Below, in pieces: positions 24,004 to 37,700 of a DNA stretch of 64,000 nucleotides; within the stretch, counting starts at the first letter, position 1, and every line of letters starts with the position of its first letter. This DNA is from Cirrosporium novae-zelandiae (taxonomy: Eukaryota), in the NCBI GenBank assembly GCA_026023565.1, contig JAPETS010000048.1, positions 1 through 64,000 on the forward strand. Direction: 5' to 3'. Below the pieces are notes generated by a model that saw nothing but the letters and a program-made list of their open reading frames with translations, searched no databases and was not told the DNA's origin. The position numbers were made by a program, and so were the translations under genes.

Positions 24004-25508
24004 ATGGGCAGCTCTCCTCCAAGACTTGGGGATATTCCACAGCAATCAGATCTTAAAGTTCCAACTTTTGAATCACTTGACGATCTTGCAGTTTCAGATA
24101 GTTCATCCATCAGTTCCGATCCTTCATCCGCCACAGAAAACACACAGAATACTTTTCCAAGTAGTACGGTAGGTTTCATCAAATTTTCTTTTTCCGATGA
24201 ATGCTGCTAATACTACTATCCTGCTCCTATAGTACTCCATATTTCTAGAAAAAGACAACTATACTAATAGATATTCGAAGACGCCCGATCCACAATGGAT
24301 AACGTTGCCAGCCACCCTTATCTGCAGAGCGCCAAGGACACAGTGACCCAAGGTATACTTCCATGGAAAAAGCAAGATCCCTTACAATGCTAAGATAATT
24401 GATAGGCCCTGTAGCTGAAAGCATCAAGAACCAGCACTTGAAGGCGACATCAGAGTTCCAAAATCTTGCCAACTCTAGAGTCACACCTGCTGAGTCGACG
24501 GCAACGGATCAGCCTCTTACCCGTAGGTCCTCCGCGTGTTCATGTTCAGTTTCAACTTGCTCAGCCAATACAGATTACCACTCCTTCTTTCGCAATTTGT
24601 TAAGCGTAAGCTCAAATTCCTTTCTCTGATTGCGAGATAGACTTCTAATGAATTATAGTGGAAAAATCCCCGGGCAACAACAATTGCTTTTCTGGCCAAT
24701 GTAACTTTGATAATCGCTTCTCGCTATTTCCCCATCTTCCGATGGCTATTCAAGGGTCTCTACATGGCTTTTGGTGGTATGTGTCTACTCTCTCAAAAGT
24801 GTCTGCGATAAGCATCGCTGACCAATTTCATAGTAACCGCCGCTGCCGAAGCATTTGGGAAATTTGCCTTTAACCAGGGTCTCGCAAGCTCTTTCCGACC
24901 TCGCAAATACTATACGATCCCCCGAGAGAACCTTGAGGCTATGCTTGAAGATCTTCAAGAGCTTATTAACTTCTTCGTCATCGAATTTCAACGCATCCTG
25001 TTCGTTGAGAATGTGTCTGTCACGATTGCTGTAAGTGGCCACTAGATTACATTGGTTCATAATTACTGAGACTCGGTAGGCCTTCGCTGCTGCCTTCACC
25101 TCTTACTGGCTCACCAGGATCCTTCCAATCTGGGGCCTTGCTCTAACTTCATTAACGGTCATGTATATGGGGCCTTTGATCTACATTAGCAACCAGGAAA
25201 TCATTGACGCCCAGATTGAACATGCATCCAGTATTATTAGCAACCAAACACAACAGGTGAAAAGTGTAGCTGAGCAACGCACTGCCAAGTACCGTGAGAA
25301 CTTGAAAAATTACACCCACGACTACACTGCCAAAGCCCAGAATTATCTTGGTGGACAATCTCGAACCTCTAGGTTAACCTCGCCCACCAAGGCTCAGGCT
25401 CCACCGGCCTATGGATCCTCTGATTTTCCTCAGGCTCCAAAGGGAGAACCAGCTAGTGAAGAGCTCAAGCCTCGCGTAAATGGCGCAGAACCAATTCCCG
25501 CCATGTAA
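24004..25508 (+). CDS. Reticulon-like protein (Rtn1/Cwl1-like), multi-exon
   Basis: YHSFFRNLLS/WKNPRATT, hydrophobic hairpins, RPRKYYTIPRENLE, YMGPLIYISNQEIID; an alternative downstream ATG lies at 24295. Confidence 0.85.
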
Positions 25509-27105
25509 AGTGTCTAGGTCATACCGGGTGTCTGATTGCTCGATTGTTCTTCCGAAACGGCCTGATGATCGGTGAATGAAGTGGAATCGACCATAATGAC
25601 TACATTGAGATGACTAAAACCGAAGGGATCTTTGAAATCACTCTTGCAATAATGCTGGTATACACAAAGTGTGTTCTATTTTGGAAGGATGGAATTGGGG
25701 ATGAATGACTGATGGGGAAAGTTCAGATGGTGTGATCAATAACGTGTAGTCCTTGGTAGTTAGGGCTACTCTTCTTACATTTACTTATTGACGGATGGCT
25801 TGTTGTTCAGCTTATCGGCGTGCGAACCTCCTTTCCACTTTTCTTAACCTTAGTGTTTTTTCTTATCCTTTTGGTCTCGAAAACAAGCAGTGATGGATGG
25901 ACGGCTGGTCGGCCGGTGCTTGAACCCAGAACATGGAAGATGTTCTTTCGGAAGTCTTCTTACTAATAATGTCAGGTTTTGTCTGGGTTAGCTAGTTTAA
26001 CAGGCATTTCCTAATTTTTGTTTTTATGAGAAGAGTGTACATCAGTTTAGTGCCAATATTTGTATGCGTCTACGCTTTTAACACAAAAGTAAAGGGGATA
26101 GAAATGAACTATTTGGTTCTTCTAGGGGGCTCCTCTGATGACATGAAGACTACGTGGTGCTCACCATGCGTCGATGCTACCTGTACCATAATTTTTTTCT
26201 ACTTTGATGATTTGGCCGTCTTTTACATTTATCGTCAAGTCTGCATGCAAGCCCTTGGGTTCGGAAGATGAAGTTCTCGAGGCGTAGAATTGATGTGTGA
26301 ATAGGCCGAGTATCATATACTCTAAGCTCGTAGCCTAATATGCTAATGGTAGGAGAGCTAGAAGTTATACTGTGTAACCATAGGGAGAAACGCAACCGCG
26401 TAAACCTTTAATCCAGGTAATTCATATCTTAACCACACACACCACTTAGGATACCTCTGAAAAGAAAATATCGAATTAGACAATTCAAAAATTAATTTGA
26501 TCAAGACAAATTCCATCTCCTCTTTTACATGGAAATGGCCCTGACCATCATGATATTAACAAACGTTGCAATTGCGGTTTTCGGAACATTAATATTCAAT
26601 AGCCTAGAGATCAAATATAACTAGCTTGGTACTATATGCACTGGATTAGTTGTTGGACAAAGATGGCATTTAATCAAAAGTTGAAACTTAGGACAGCTTA
26701 CGGGTTAGTGATTTCTAGATAATGAAGTCTAGGATTTTATTTTGATTTTGTTGAAATACAGATTTTAATGTTCGTCCACCAGGTTTTTAAGATCTCCTTG
26801 AAGCGTTTTATACTCTTACTTAAAATCAGTTTTCTACCTATCACCGCAATATAACGGTACCCCGTGGAGTCTTCAGTACGCTATTCGGTAGTAAATATTT
26901 CACAAGATAATCAAGAGAGACCCAATAGAATGTTGGGTTTTCGTAAATACTGAACAGTTGACTACCTAGTTACGGAGGTTACGTACATAAAATATTGGTA
27001 GCCTAAAGTAACCACTTTTCATTTCCCCCGTAAAATTCCATCATGAACATTAATCATAGCAAAGTAGCAAAACATTCATAATCATCATGTCTTCACATAT
27101 CTATT

Positions 27106-28459
27106 TCACTTTGCCCCCTTAAAACAAAACAAGACATCCCCGATGGCTTCCATGCCTCCTTTACACCCATCTTCCATAATCTCGAAATTATCCCTCAACC
27201 TCAACAACATGGAGTCAATAGGGGCTTGATGCAATCTATTGTCTGATCCCCACTGGCGCGCTAGGTCTCCTACGTGTTCGTACACCGCCGTGCTCATTTT
27301 GTTTAGAAAGATGGTAACATCTTCAAATAGGCTGACGGTGCTGTCGGAAAGGCCTCGATGGCCGTAAGAGTTGATAGCAGGGCATGAGCGGAGCTGACGA
27401 TTACTTGGTGGTGTCGAGTGCGGAGAAGGGCGATAAGAGAGTGCGTTGTAAATAATGTGATTGCCAAGTCTCGGACCTGTAGGAATAGGGCTGCGACGCC
27501 GAATTGGCCTCTCCCAACACCCCTGCCCTTCAAGTGTTGATATCCTTGTGCCATCGGGACTCTGAGACCGACCACGATCAAACTCGTTAGGACGAGGACG
27601 ATAGTGATCGCCAGCATCGGCACGACCACGACCGCGGTGTCGCCTCCAGCGAGAACGGCTACATATATCGGATGCACTATTTTCCGCTGCTCGGCGTACA
27701 GCAGAGATGAGGTCCATCAGAGACTGCCATTCTCTAATGTCAAATCCAGCGTTTGCGGCTGCATTTGCAATATCGGCATCGAGTCCTTGAAGGAGGGGTT
27801 CTATGATGATAATGAGTTTAGTTAGGATTATTTTGTATCTCAGAAGTGGAGAAATAGCAAACCTTTACGTCGATGCTTCGGCTTAGGATGATTGATCCCG
27901 GTCTCGTAATGAGCATAAGGGCAGGTTGATGAGGTGTATTGACAGGTAGAATTCTGCCAAAACCAACAAGTACCCATCTGCAGGAGACGATCGGAGAGCA
28001 ATCCGGTCTCATGATGAGCAAATTGACAGACGTCTTGACGAAAGGGACAGCCACCGATCCCAAGCTTCCAGTAGCGGCAGGTCATGTCTTTAAATCGCAG
28101 CCGAGGCGCATTGGGGATGATGGTTTCTGTCATCATAAGGTTAGTCAATGTTAACATGGTGGTCGATACATCATGAAGAATGGGATGACCTTACCACCTT
28201 GAGGTTGAATGGGGGATGGGTTTTTGCTGATGAGATTAGCACAGGGGGTTCCATTGATGGTAAGAGCAGTGCTATTGTCTTCGGGACGATCCATATCAAG
28301 ATCCAGGTCAAGGAATTCAGCTGGCTCAGCTGTTGGACTCTGTTCCTGGAATGTTGCGTCGATAAGGATATCGACAGGGTTAGAATACAGCCCATTTGTA
28401 TCTGAGCTCAAGAGAAGTGGCCCTTGATCGCCATTGTTGAAGGCCATGGTTGAGGGCAC
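27106..28459 (-). CDS. Tandem CCCH zinc-finger protein, multi-exon
   Basis: CRYWKLGIGGCPFRQDVCQFAH and CWFWQNSTCQYTSSTCPYAH; adjacent ORFs separated by GT..CTAAC..AG introns; Arg-rich region downstream. Confidence 0.7.
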
Positions 28460-29066
28460 AGAATGACCAAGTAGGAGAGAAGAGACTCATATAAGACAGG
28501 TGTGAAGAAAATGAAGTGAGACGTAAGAAAATGAAGTAAGGAAAATGAGATGAAATATAAAGGGTACAAGAAAGAGGAGGTTAAATAATGAGTGTCTGAG
28601 AGACTCGAGACCTCGAGGCCTACCAACTCCTGGCGCTATCACCTGACCTGCACTATTCCTCAATTCATAGTAGGGAAGTCTCTGAACGAGACGATATAAA
28701 CGATGTAAAGTTGCCAATCTCCATTCTTCTTTACCGTTGTTTGATATTAAGAAGAGAGAGTATTCGAATATATGATAGCAAAAGTACTTGCGTCTCCTTA
28801 AACTCCTTCATTTATTCCTGTTCCCCTTCTCCTGCAACACCATTATCATTCGGTTCCAAAAGGAATAGGTAAATAAGATAAGCCAGCACCAGCAGCTAAT
28901 CAGGGCATTGTACTGTCAGGTTGTTGATGTCAAGTTCGAGGTCGATAAACTCTAAAAAACATCCTGACGCTGCCAAGACTTGGCCATATTCTGGTATTTA
29001 TTTGCCAATTACGATATTTAAGTGATCAACACCATCTATCTCCAAGAATATGATCAAAGCTTGTTG

Positions 29067-29761
29067 ATGGACGATATACCTACAGTCAGCATTCTCGTGT
29101 TGGGCGATCCAGGTTGTGGTAAGTCCACATTTCTCGCGTATGTCTTCGGCTCCATGTCATGTTGCAATATTAACGAATGTTTTCCAGACGCATCAATAAG
29201 GGCCGTGATGGCCACTCCGCCTCTGACCTGACTCTTCTCCGTGATCTGGATCAACCTTATATATATGATGTTAACCTATATAGTCGATTATATCGATTTA
29301 AGTTCTCCGACACAGCGTCGCCAAATAATTTTACTCTCCTAAAGCCAGACTTTATCATAATATGCTATGATATCTCAGAAAGGGAGAGTCTCATCAATGC
29401 TAGAGATCTCTGGCGGAAAGATGCTATAAGATATTATCAAAGTGATAGGGAAGATATACCCGTTATGCTGGTAGGCCTTAAAAGGGATCTAAGGGTTGAG
29501 AATGAGGATACTTTGTATCCCCAAGAGGTATAGCAAGCTCATTGATCTATGTCGATTAATATCGTCGGTTCTTAGGATTAAGATGTTGATTTGGTATAGG
29601 GATATCGGGTCGCTCAAGAAATGCGATGTGACATCTATGCAGAGTGCTCTGCCCTTACCGGAGAACTTGTGAAAGAGACCATTGAGGATATAATGAAAGG
29701 TGCCGCTAAGACTACAACTGAAAATGGAGGGTTGACACCAGGCGGATGTGTCATTCTGTAA
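29067..29761 (+). CDS. Atypical Rho-family small GTPase, 3 exons
   Basis: P-loop GDPGCGKST, FSDTAS in place of DTAGQ, VGLKRDLR, YAECSA, C-terminal CAAX CVIL*. Confidence 0.88.
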
Positions 29762-31359
29762 GCTCTTTACGGAAGTAAATGTAATCAGCAAGTATGCCAT
29801 CTGGATCAAGGATAAGTAGTTAAGGCTTGGGAAATCTTGAACAGCTTCTAGAAAATAAGTCTATCCTTTAATCTTCGATTTTATATAAGCCTTATATCTC
29901 ACGTCCAAGTCTCGTCCTCGAAACCTTGCTTGTAACACTTTGCCCTAATGAACAAGAGTCAACCTTAGATATGATAACGATAAACATCTAAGGTTTATTG
30001 TGAGAATATTGCACTTGGCACTTCCTTAAGACTTCCAAAAGCATTGAGAGTGGAATACCTACCAGTCCGATTTGAACAGTGTATAGAATGTGTTTTGTGG
30101 TCTAAAGAGCTAGCTTCTTGTTATCATTCAATGCCTCCAGGCTTCTACTCACGACAATTGCCATAAGCCCCCTTGTGATATTTACGGGTAGCACTATGCA
30201 TTCCGTGAATGACTCGCGGTTACGTTTGCAAGCGTCGCATGGTACATTTGCGACATAACCGCGAACATTTCAGTTGTAAAAGCTGCGATATGCTAGACTT
30301 CTACAAAATGGGGCATTTGGATCAAGCAGTGGGAGTTGTGTCTGAGAGTATTCATCACTTCTGCGGGTAGGAGGGAGAGGACCGATAAGGCGACTTGATG
30401 CTGCGCCATCATATTCACGCGTCCTATATATGAGAGTCGACAGGGCTATCTTGTAGAGGACGAATAAAAACTATGGTCGGCAGATACATTGCTTTTGACG
30501 CTGTCGGAGCTGTCGTTGGAGGAGTTCATGATACGGGTTAAGTTGTTGCGTAAATGAATAACTCTGCGATGTGATCATGGTCAGGTATCATGATTTAGTC
30601 TGTGTATACATCGAAATAACTGAGCTGCTAAACCTTCACTCTACTATTGCCCAGTCAATTGCTCATCGTTCTGCCATCTCAGCCCATAGTCCTCTCAGCG
30701 TGAGGTTGTCTTTCATGGATCTCCTCGCAGGTGGAAGGTGCCTCTATATGAACCATCAGGCTCAAATATAGGTAGAAATTCCAGTCTCAAACACATTCTT
30801 TGAGTGTATACTTCAAGTGTTATGCCATGGATTAATTAGACTACGCGGACATTGTTCTGAATATTGATCTTGCCCCGAAGAAGTTGTAATTTTAGTACAT
30901 GTCTCACCTGAAAGTGAGTATACTTGAGGTAAGCTGGGAGTCCAATGGCCTCTTCAACTTCATAATGGCACAATGGTCTTTTCACCTAGGCTGTGCTTTT
31001 GTTAGCATGGAAAGAAATAGCCAGAAAGATTTTGACAGGAGGAAAAAAAGGGTAATGTTAGGCACTATCGTTAAACAACAAAATCAAACAATTAGTCAAA
31101 CGGGAGAGACTTGATGGTATTCAATTGGCTGCAAAATGGATGGAACAACTGTTAAGTACGTCCCTTTGACAGCACAGGGCTTTCTCTCATGGACGTAAAT
31201 CAATGAGCATCTTTCCCTCATAAGCGCTATCAAGTTCGTCCTTATTGCAAGACAGAGGTCCCATTACACCGGGATATTCTCTTCAAATTCCTCCGAAATA
31301 TGAGTACATTTCTTTTTTGGTATTCGCTATCCCTTCCTTTTTATTCCAAAGATACCTTT

Positions 31360-32629
31360 CTACCATTGAACAGGTTCCTTGGTTTCCGTATTCCATCCTT
31401 CGTTGCCAGTCTGAACTGGGGCAGAACTTGCAGCCCAGTCGGTACCATCGGCCTCCCAAGAAGAACCGGCAGCAGCACCTGCAGCAGCGGTAGTAGCAGC
31501 AAATGCGGCGGGACCTGGACCAGCATCGGCAACCTCCCATTCGGTGTTACCAGCGAAAGCTGGTTCGACAGCTTGGGCGCCAACCTCTTCGACACCCTTG
31601 GTTTCCTCAACAGTTTCCTTGGTTTCTTCGGCCTCAGGATCACGGTAGAAGTATAAATCCACCACAACGTCCCATTCGGTCTCACGGGTTGCGAGCGTGC
31701 CACGGAGGCGGAGAACTTCTCTAGCTAACATCCACCTAATTTCTCGATCGAGTCAGTGACTGAAAGGGCTTCGTATAAAAATATTTACGTACCAGACAAG
31801 ACCAATAGCATGTCGACCCTTGTTGTTTGTGGGGATAGCAATGTCGACGAATTCAGTTGGGGAGTCTGTGTCGCAAAGAGCAATGACTGGAATGTTGACG
31901 TAGCTGGCTTCCTTAATAGCTTGAGCATCGGTGCGGGGGTCAGTGACGATGATGAGACGAGGTTCCTTGATAATAGAAGGTCAGCTGGTTTCAATTTCTA
32001 TGGCCTGATAAAATGATGTAGGAATCCATGTTGGCACATCGATCCCTTAATACATAAATAGTGAAATGTAGCAAAATTGCTGAGGGGTCACGGAAGTCGG
32101 AATGCGAACCTTGAAGGATCTGGTGATATAGTTGGTGAAGTTTCCGGGAGTGAAACGACCAGCAATAGCAACAGCACCGGTATGAGCTGCGAACTTGAGG
32201 ACAGCACGCTGGCCATAAGGCCGGGCTGAGATAACACAAATATCGGCGGGGTTGTCTGTTCGCATTAGTATAGGCCTCCAAATAGTTTCCCGTGCATTCT
32301 TTCCGTACCGACTGCGGCAATGACACGAGCTGCGAGGACGATCTTCTCCCAAGTCTTGCCAAGGTTAAGGACGTTGATGCCGTCAGGTCTGGTCTTCCAG
32401 AGGTAGGGCTCTTCCGCAAAGATTAGCTACTGTTTGCTTTGGATACAAGAAGAACTTGCCCATATGGACTTGCATATTCTTAGAACCAAGGTGGCATTGC
32501 GCCGCCAGGAGCATTTCCATGTCCCTATAACGGAATGATAAGTATTATTCTTATATTTGTCGCAATGATTCAGGTAACTCACTGGCTGGTCGCGTTGAAA
32601 ATCGGAGGAAGATTGGAAGCGGGAGCCAT
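31360..32629 (-). CDS. RPS0: 40S ribosomal protein S0 (uS2), multi-exon
   Basis: [82 protein letters not shown]. Confidence 0.98.
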
Positions 32630-32783
32630 GTTGAAGAATTGGCGATCGAAAAGATTTGAATATCAAGAAGGAGATTTACAGCGATCGTTGTTGGTTAAAA
32701 AAGAGGGAAATAGCTCCAAGAGGGGAGATTCAGAATTTCAAAACCCTCTGATGGTGGGTTGGTGGGTTGAGGGTTTTCACAGG

Positions 32784-32795
32784 CATCACGTGATG
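32784..32795. promoter_or_regulatory. Palindromic E-box CATCACGTGATG (Cbf1-type bHLH site) in the RPS0 / mito-uS15 bidirectional promoter
   Basis: Perfect 12-bp palindrome near the middle of a 324-bp divergent intergenic region. Confidence 0.55.
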
Positions 32796-32953
32796 ATATG
32801 GCATACGAATCGGGACTAGGGTCGGACAACCTTAAATTTTGACCTGAGAGCGGATGGAGGAGCATACTTTGTAGAGTCTCAAGAAACACCAACCAGATCT
32901 GAACTCGATCTGGACTTGGTCTTTATAGACCTCCTCAAAGGTCAATTGCAACA

Positions 32954-33984
32954 ATGCCTCAAAAACTATTGAGCTGCTTGAAGGCACCATTCCAAAATGG
33001 TAAATACCAATAGCATTAATCTCCCATATCAAATATTTAATATGTCTAGGCAAACGATTGCTCCTCTCCACTCCCTCTATCTCTGAGCCTCGCAGCTTGA
33101 ACATCCTCTCACGTCCCCCGACATCTCTCTTTTCAACCGCTAGGCTCCTCCAAGCCTCGAACCATCGACAGCGCCGAAGATATCACGATCCCTATGCATT
33201 GGCCCAGTCCAGGAATCGCAAAGCCGCCAATCTCGCTCGCCAAAAAACTTTGAAAGAAGAGAGGGCAGTCTTGATGGGAGATCCGGTCCATGGTATCACA
33301 ACACCTTTTGTGCAGTCTTTTGATACTGGTGTTCTACCACCCAAGGATACATCAGCAGGGGCCCCTAAATATGTCGATGATGCACCAGTTGTTGGGGATC
33401 AGCAACCCGAGGACCCTAACTACTTCCTTACTCCTACTGAACTGGCCTCCTCCATATCTTATTCGGGGCATCTTACGACCCCCGTCTCGTCTGAAGATCC
33501 CCATCACGCGCAATTGCAAGCGCGTAAACATGCCGAGGACCACAAAAATGCTCTCACAGCCCTAGAACGTATCACGGCCCTCGCCAACGGAAGCTCCCAA
33601 GACCGCACTCGCGTGAACATCCAACACTGCATTTCCACCTTTGGGCGTCATGCCACAGACGCCTTCCTCCGGCCAAAACCTGCATCCCGGATTCCCCAGT
33701 CACCCGACACTCTCCCCCCCGCCCCTCGCGCAGGTCCCGATACCGGGAGTCCTGAGGTACAGGCGGCGATTCTAACAGCTAAAATCCGCCTAGTAGCAAA
33801 CCACATGGATGCAAATGGGCGAAATGATAAAGTGAATAAGCGGAATTTAAGACTATTGGTTCATCGGAGGCAAAAACTCCTAGCTTATCTTCGGAGGAAG
33901 GAGAGAGGTGGACCAAGGTGGCAGCATCTGGTTGAGACGTTGGGGTTGACCGAAGGCACCTGGAAGGGAGAGATAACCATGTGA
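32954..33984 (+). CDS. Mitochondrial ribosomal protein uS15m (yeast Mrps28-like), 2 exons
   Basis: DTGSPEVQAAILTAKI...DKVNKRNLRLLVHRRQKLLAYLRRK S15 signature; first exon MPQKLLSCLKAPFQN, intron 33000-33049. Confidence 0.92.
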
Positions 33985-34730
33985 TGTGTGGGCATACTTA
34001 GATGAAAATAACTGTTTCTGTATGACTAGAAGATGTGATGATGTATATTTGCTAGTCCTAGCCATGTCCATATGTGCTATGAATTCCGAGCACGATGTGA
34101 ATGTTTTATTGCTCACTTGGAGCGTGCATATTGAAACCCGATTTCTCATGTAGGAATGACTTCTATACTCAATTTGAGAGATGTCTTCAAGCCTACACAC
34201 ATTGGAGGTTTAAATTTGTTCTAATCATGCCCATTGGAAGATATGCAAATCTTGAATCATCAATCCATCCAATCTTTCTTCCTAGAAACAAACAAAGAGA
34301 GTTATAGCCGTCGATTACAGCAGACCTAGAAACCCACTTTAAGATGCCGCATTTCACTACTTCCTCATCATGGAGAAACCTCAAATTTCATTATCAGGTA
34401 TTGTCTGTCTAAACTCGTGAAGTCATTTGTCCCATCCTTTCACCCTTCCTTCCCCCAGCCAGTTCAATTCCCTTGTCATCTCTGAAAATGAAAAGCCCGC
34501 CCAAATTTCATCATTGCATAATTCCTCATTCATCTTCAAAAAAATTACATACTATGAAAAGATTAGAGAAACATGTTGGCATAACTTCTGTAATTCATGA
34601 TGTAGCCGAAAAGAAGTAGCGCATAGCGTCATTAAAAGGTAAAAAATACAGTTACAAGGTCCTCTTCAAACCTGCATTACCTATATTTAGCAGGTGGAGG
34701 TGGACAGCGTCCAGAGTCTTCGCTCCTCTA

Positions 34731-37700
34731 TTATAGCGCCCCACTAATAATGTCTTTCCTCCAGATCCTTACCCCAGACTGTTCGATAAATGTCTCACCC
34801 TCCAAGCATCTAATCCTAAACTCTTCTAGGTTATCCTCGTCCGTTCCAGGGGTCCCAGTTCCTCCCGACTGTTCTTTTTCTTCGTGTCGTATGAGGATGG
34901 TGATGAAGTTGTGGATGGCGACGTATTTGATTTTGAGATGAGGATAGTGTGCAATGTTGTCGACAGCTGATGAACGTAGTTCGCGCAGAACAGTGGCGCA
35001 GGTTTCAGGTGCTCGGAAGGTGTGGATGTGAAGGACAAGAAGGGAAGTAAGGTTGGATATGGATTGCATGAGCACATGCTAGAACCTATGGTTACTTACT
35101 TTATAATAGTGGAGTGTGAATTGAGACTTACGTAGCCTGAGCTCGAGGTGGCAAAGGAGAGCTCCTGCAGATTCTGACCTTCCTTGCATATGAATCGAAT
35201 TATACTTCTCCCAAGATCCCAGCTACCGTCATCTTCATTCCTAATCATCAATCGCTTCATAGTCTTGAGATGCTTGTTTAGGATGTGCTTCTTGATTTCC
35301 GAGGCGGTGATCGCAGTCTTTGGGGCGAAAGGTTCAATTCTTGGCTTAGATCCTCGCTCAAGCATAAAGAGATCATCCAATCCCTCCAGCTCGTTAAGGA
35401 ATATGAGGAAAGCGGGTGTAACATTGTCGGTATAGATGCTCCTCAGTGGCAGTGGTCTTTCTTTTTGAAGCTTCGTCAGTAGCGACCAATAGGCACGCTG
35501 AGGGCCGACGTTAAGCAAGGTTATTCTTCGCAAAGAAAAGGGGTCGACTGCTCGGGCAAGAATTGATGCTTTGACTGGGATTAAGTATATTGAGAGACTT
35601 TCCAATGGTAGTCCATGGGTAGAACGAATATATTTTCGGAGCGCCTGGTCATCGGATACTAGCTCAAGAGGTTCATCAGAGGTTCTCATAGGTTCTTTGC
35701 CTTTTCCCTTGAGTAGAACATCCGAATCAAGTATATAACCATTGGTCAGAGGTCTTTCTTCTTCCATTGCGCCTTCGGGCGTCTCGATGAATTCTTGGTC
35801 TGGGATTCCATCCTCGTCAAGTTCGTCGGGGTGTTCAATGTCTACCTCTTTATCAATTGGATCTTCAGGGTCCTTTGGCTTTGAGCCACTTGAGGAGCCT
35901 ACAAACAGCTCCGGGACGCTATCATCTATACCATCAACGGTCGAGCTCTTTTCTTTACCGTTTTTAATAGAATAGGACGCTTCTGCGCCTGAATCATGGT
36001 ATGTTTCCGCCCAACCGAGGAGTAAGTTTTGGTTCTTTGAGCTACTTGCCACTGCTTTTTTTCCGTGAATCGGCTTCTTCTTTTTGATTGGAATATTAGG
36101 ATAATGCGGGTTTAATAACGGGTGGTGATATGTCTTCGGCTTCGGTGGTAGATACGAGTTGTATGGCCCCGGGCCGGGCATTGGAGGCATATTACTCGAA
36201 AAGAAAGCTGGGTATGAATGATTTGGGTTTAGTGCTTTCTTCTGCTTTTTCTTTTGATGTTTGAAAACAGTAGGAGTCTGACCAAGCTTCTTAGAGATGC
36301 TTGCAGAATTCCCAAGGGATTTCAGATATACAGATGCTGCGAGTTCCACGGTTTCGAGGGCCTTCTTAGACTGTCCCGGGCCGCTTTCCTTTCGCATCTG
36401 GCCCACAGCGAGCCTCAATCCCTCAACAAATTGGCGATCGCTATCCGCTGCAGCGTCCCTCAAGGCAACTTCAGCCTCTTGGTTAGCCTTCTCCATCGCT
36501 CGTTCAGCTTTCAGTTCTAAAGTTTTATCACTAGCATCAGGGTTATCCAGGTCAAAAATCTTGGCTAGCACTTTCTCTTGGGCAGCCCTTTGGCGACGGA
36601 TTTCGGCTTCATCTGCCACAGCTCCTGAACCATGAGCTGCTCCCGAGTGCTGCGGGCTCATGCCAGGAGGAAGGGGCGGAGGGACCATTAGACCCCCATC
36701 ACTGAATTCATCAATATTAGGATCAGTTTCAGAGTCCGATTCGGGAGGAGCTGGTGCTTTCCTAGCTTTCAAGGCCAGACTCCCGGAAAAAGAGAGTTTC
36801 AACGTTTTCACAGTACCAGATGAAGATCTGACACATTTAGCAATTCCGTTCACATAATCAAGGGAATCCATATCCAGAATTTCAATTTTAGAGAGGCCCT
36901 TGAAATTAGCAAAGGTTGGTGTTTCCCGGCCGGATCTTTTTGAGTGAATGATCTCTCGTGGTTGTTTATTTAAGGAACTTGTCTTTGAGATGCATGGCTG
37001 GGGATGAGGACTTGTGGACCATGGAGGAGGGGAGTCTCCGGGAAGTAGGGGTAAGGGAGGTGCAGAGTACGGCTGTCCGGGATAAGACGACGGGCTTGAA
37101 GCTTGCACCCGATGTGAGGCAGCTCCCGCCTGGAGTCTGATATGAAGATTTTGAAGGGTTCGCAACCTATACAAAGCATCGTAGACTGTAGCACTTAGCT
37201 CGATGCGTACATTCCAGCTGGTCATGGTTAGTTCACCTCTGGAATTGACGATAGGGCGACTTACTGAAAGGTTTCCAAGACCTTGACTTTCTTCAAAGTG
37301 GACAATAGAAGTGTATTTAGAAACAATCCACTGGTAAAGCGATTACTATAATCGACTACGGCAAGTTCTCCTTCGTCACCGCCGCTTCTTGTGTCCGCGC
37401 AAATCTCTTTCACATGCTGTGCATAGTTATAGTCACTTGTTGCAAGCGTTTCCAGGACCTGGGCGACATGATGCATCCAGTAATCATATGAACTCGAATC
37501 CTCATCGTCAAATATGAGTTCCAATTTGCGATACAAATGTGAAGCAGCTATGACACGAAAATGATGTGAAACTTGGGCAAGATTGAACAGGTCGGAAGGG
37601 TCTGACTTGAAGAATGTTAGCACAAGAGAGGTGTTTTGGGGGGGTCGGGGGGGGGGGGGTGATGTTGATGGAATGGCTCACCGATCGAAAGACATCTTCT

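Noticed and set aside
25520..27100. Long intergenic region with short ORFs
   Set aside because: No recognisable coding, RNA or repeat signal
29800..31300. 1.5-kb gap between the Rho gene and RPS0 as a possible ncRNA or gene
   Set aside because: No motif, structure or credible ORF that I can support
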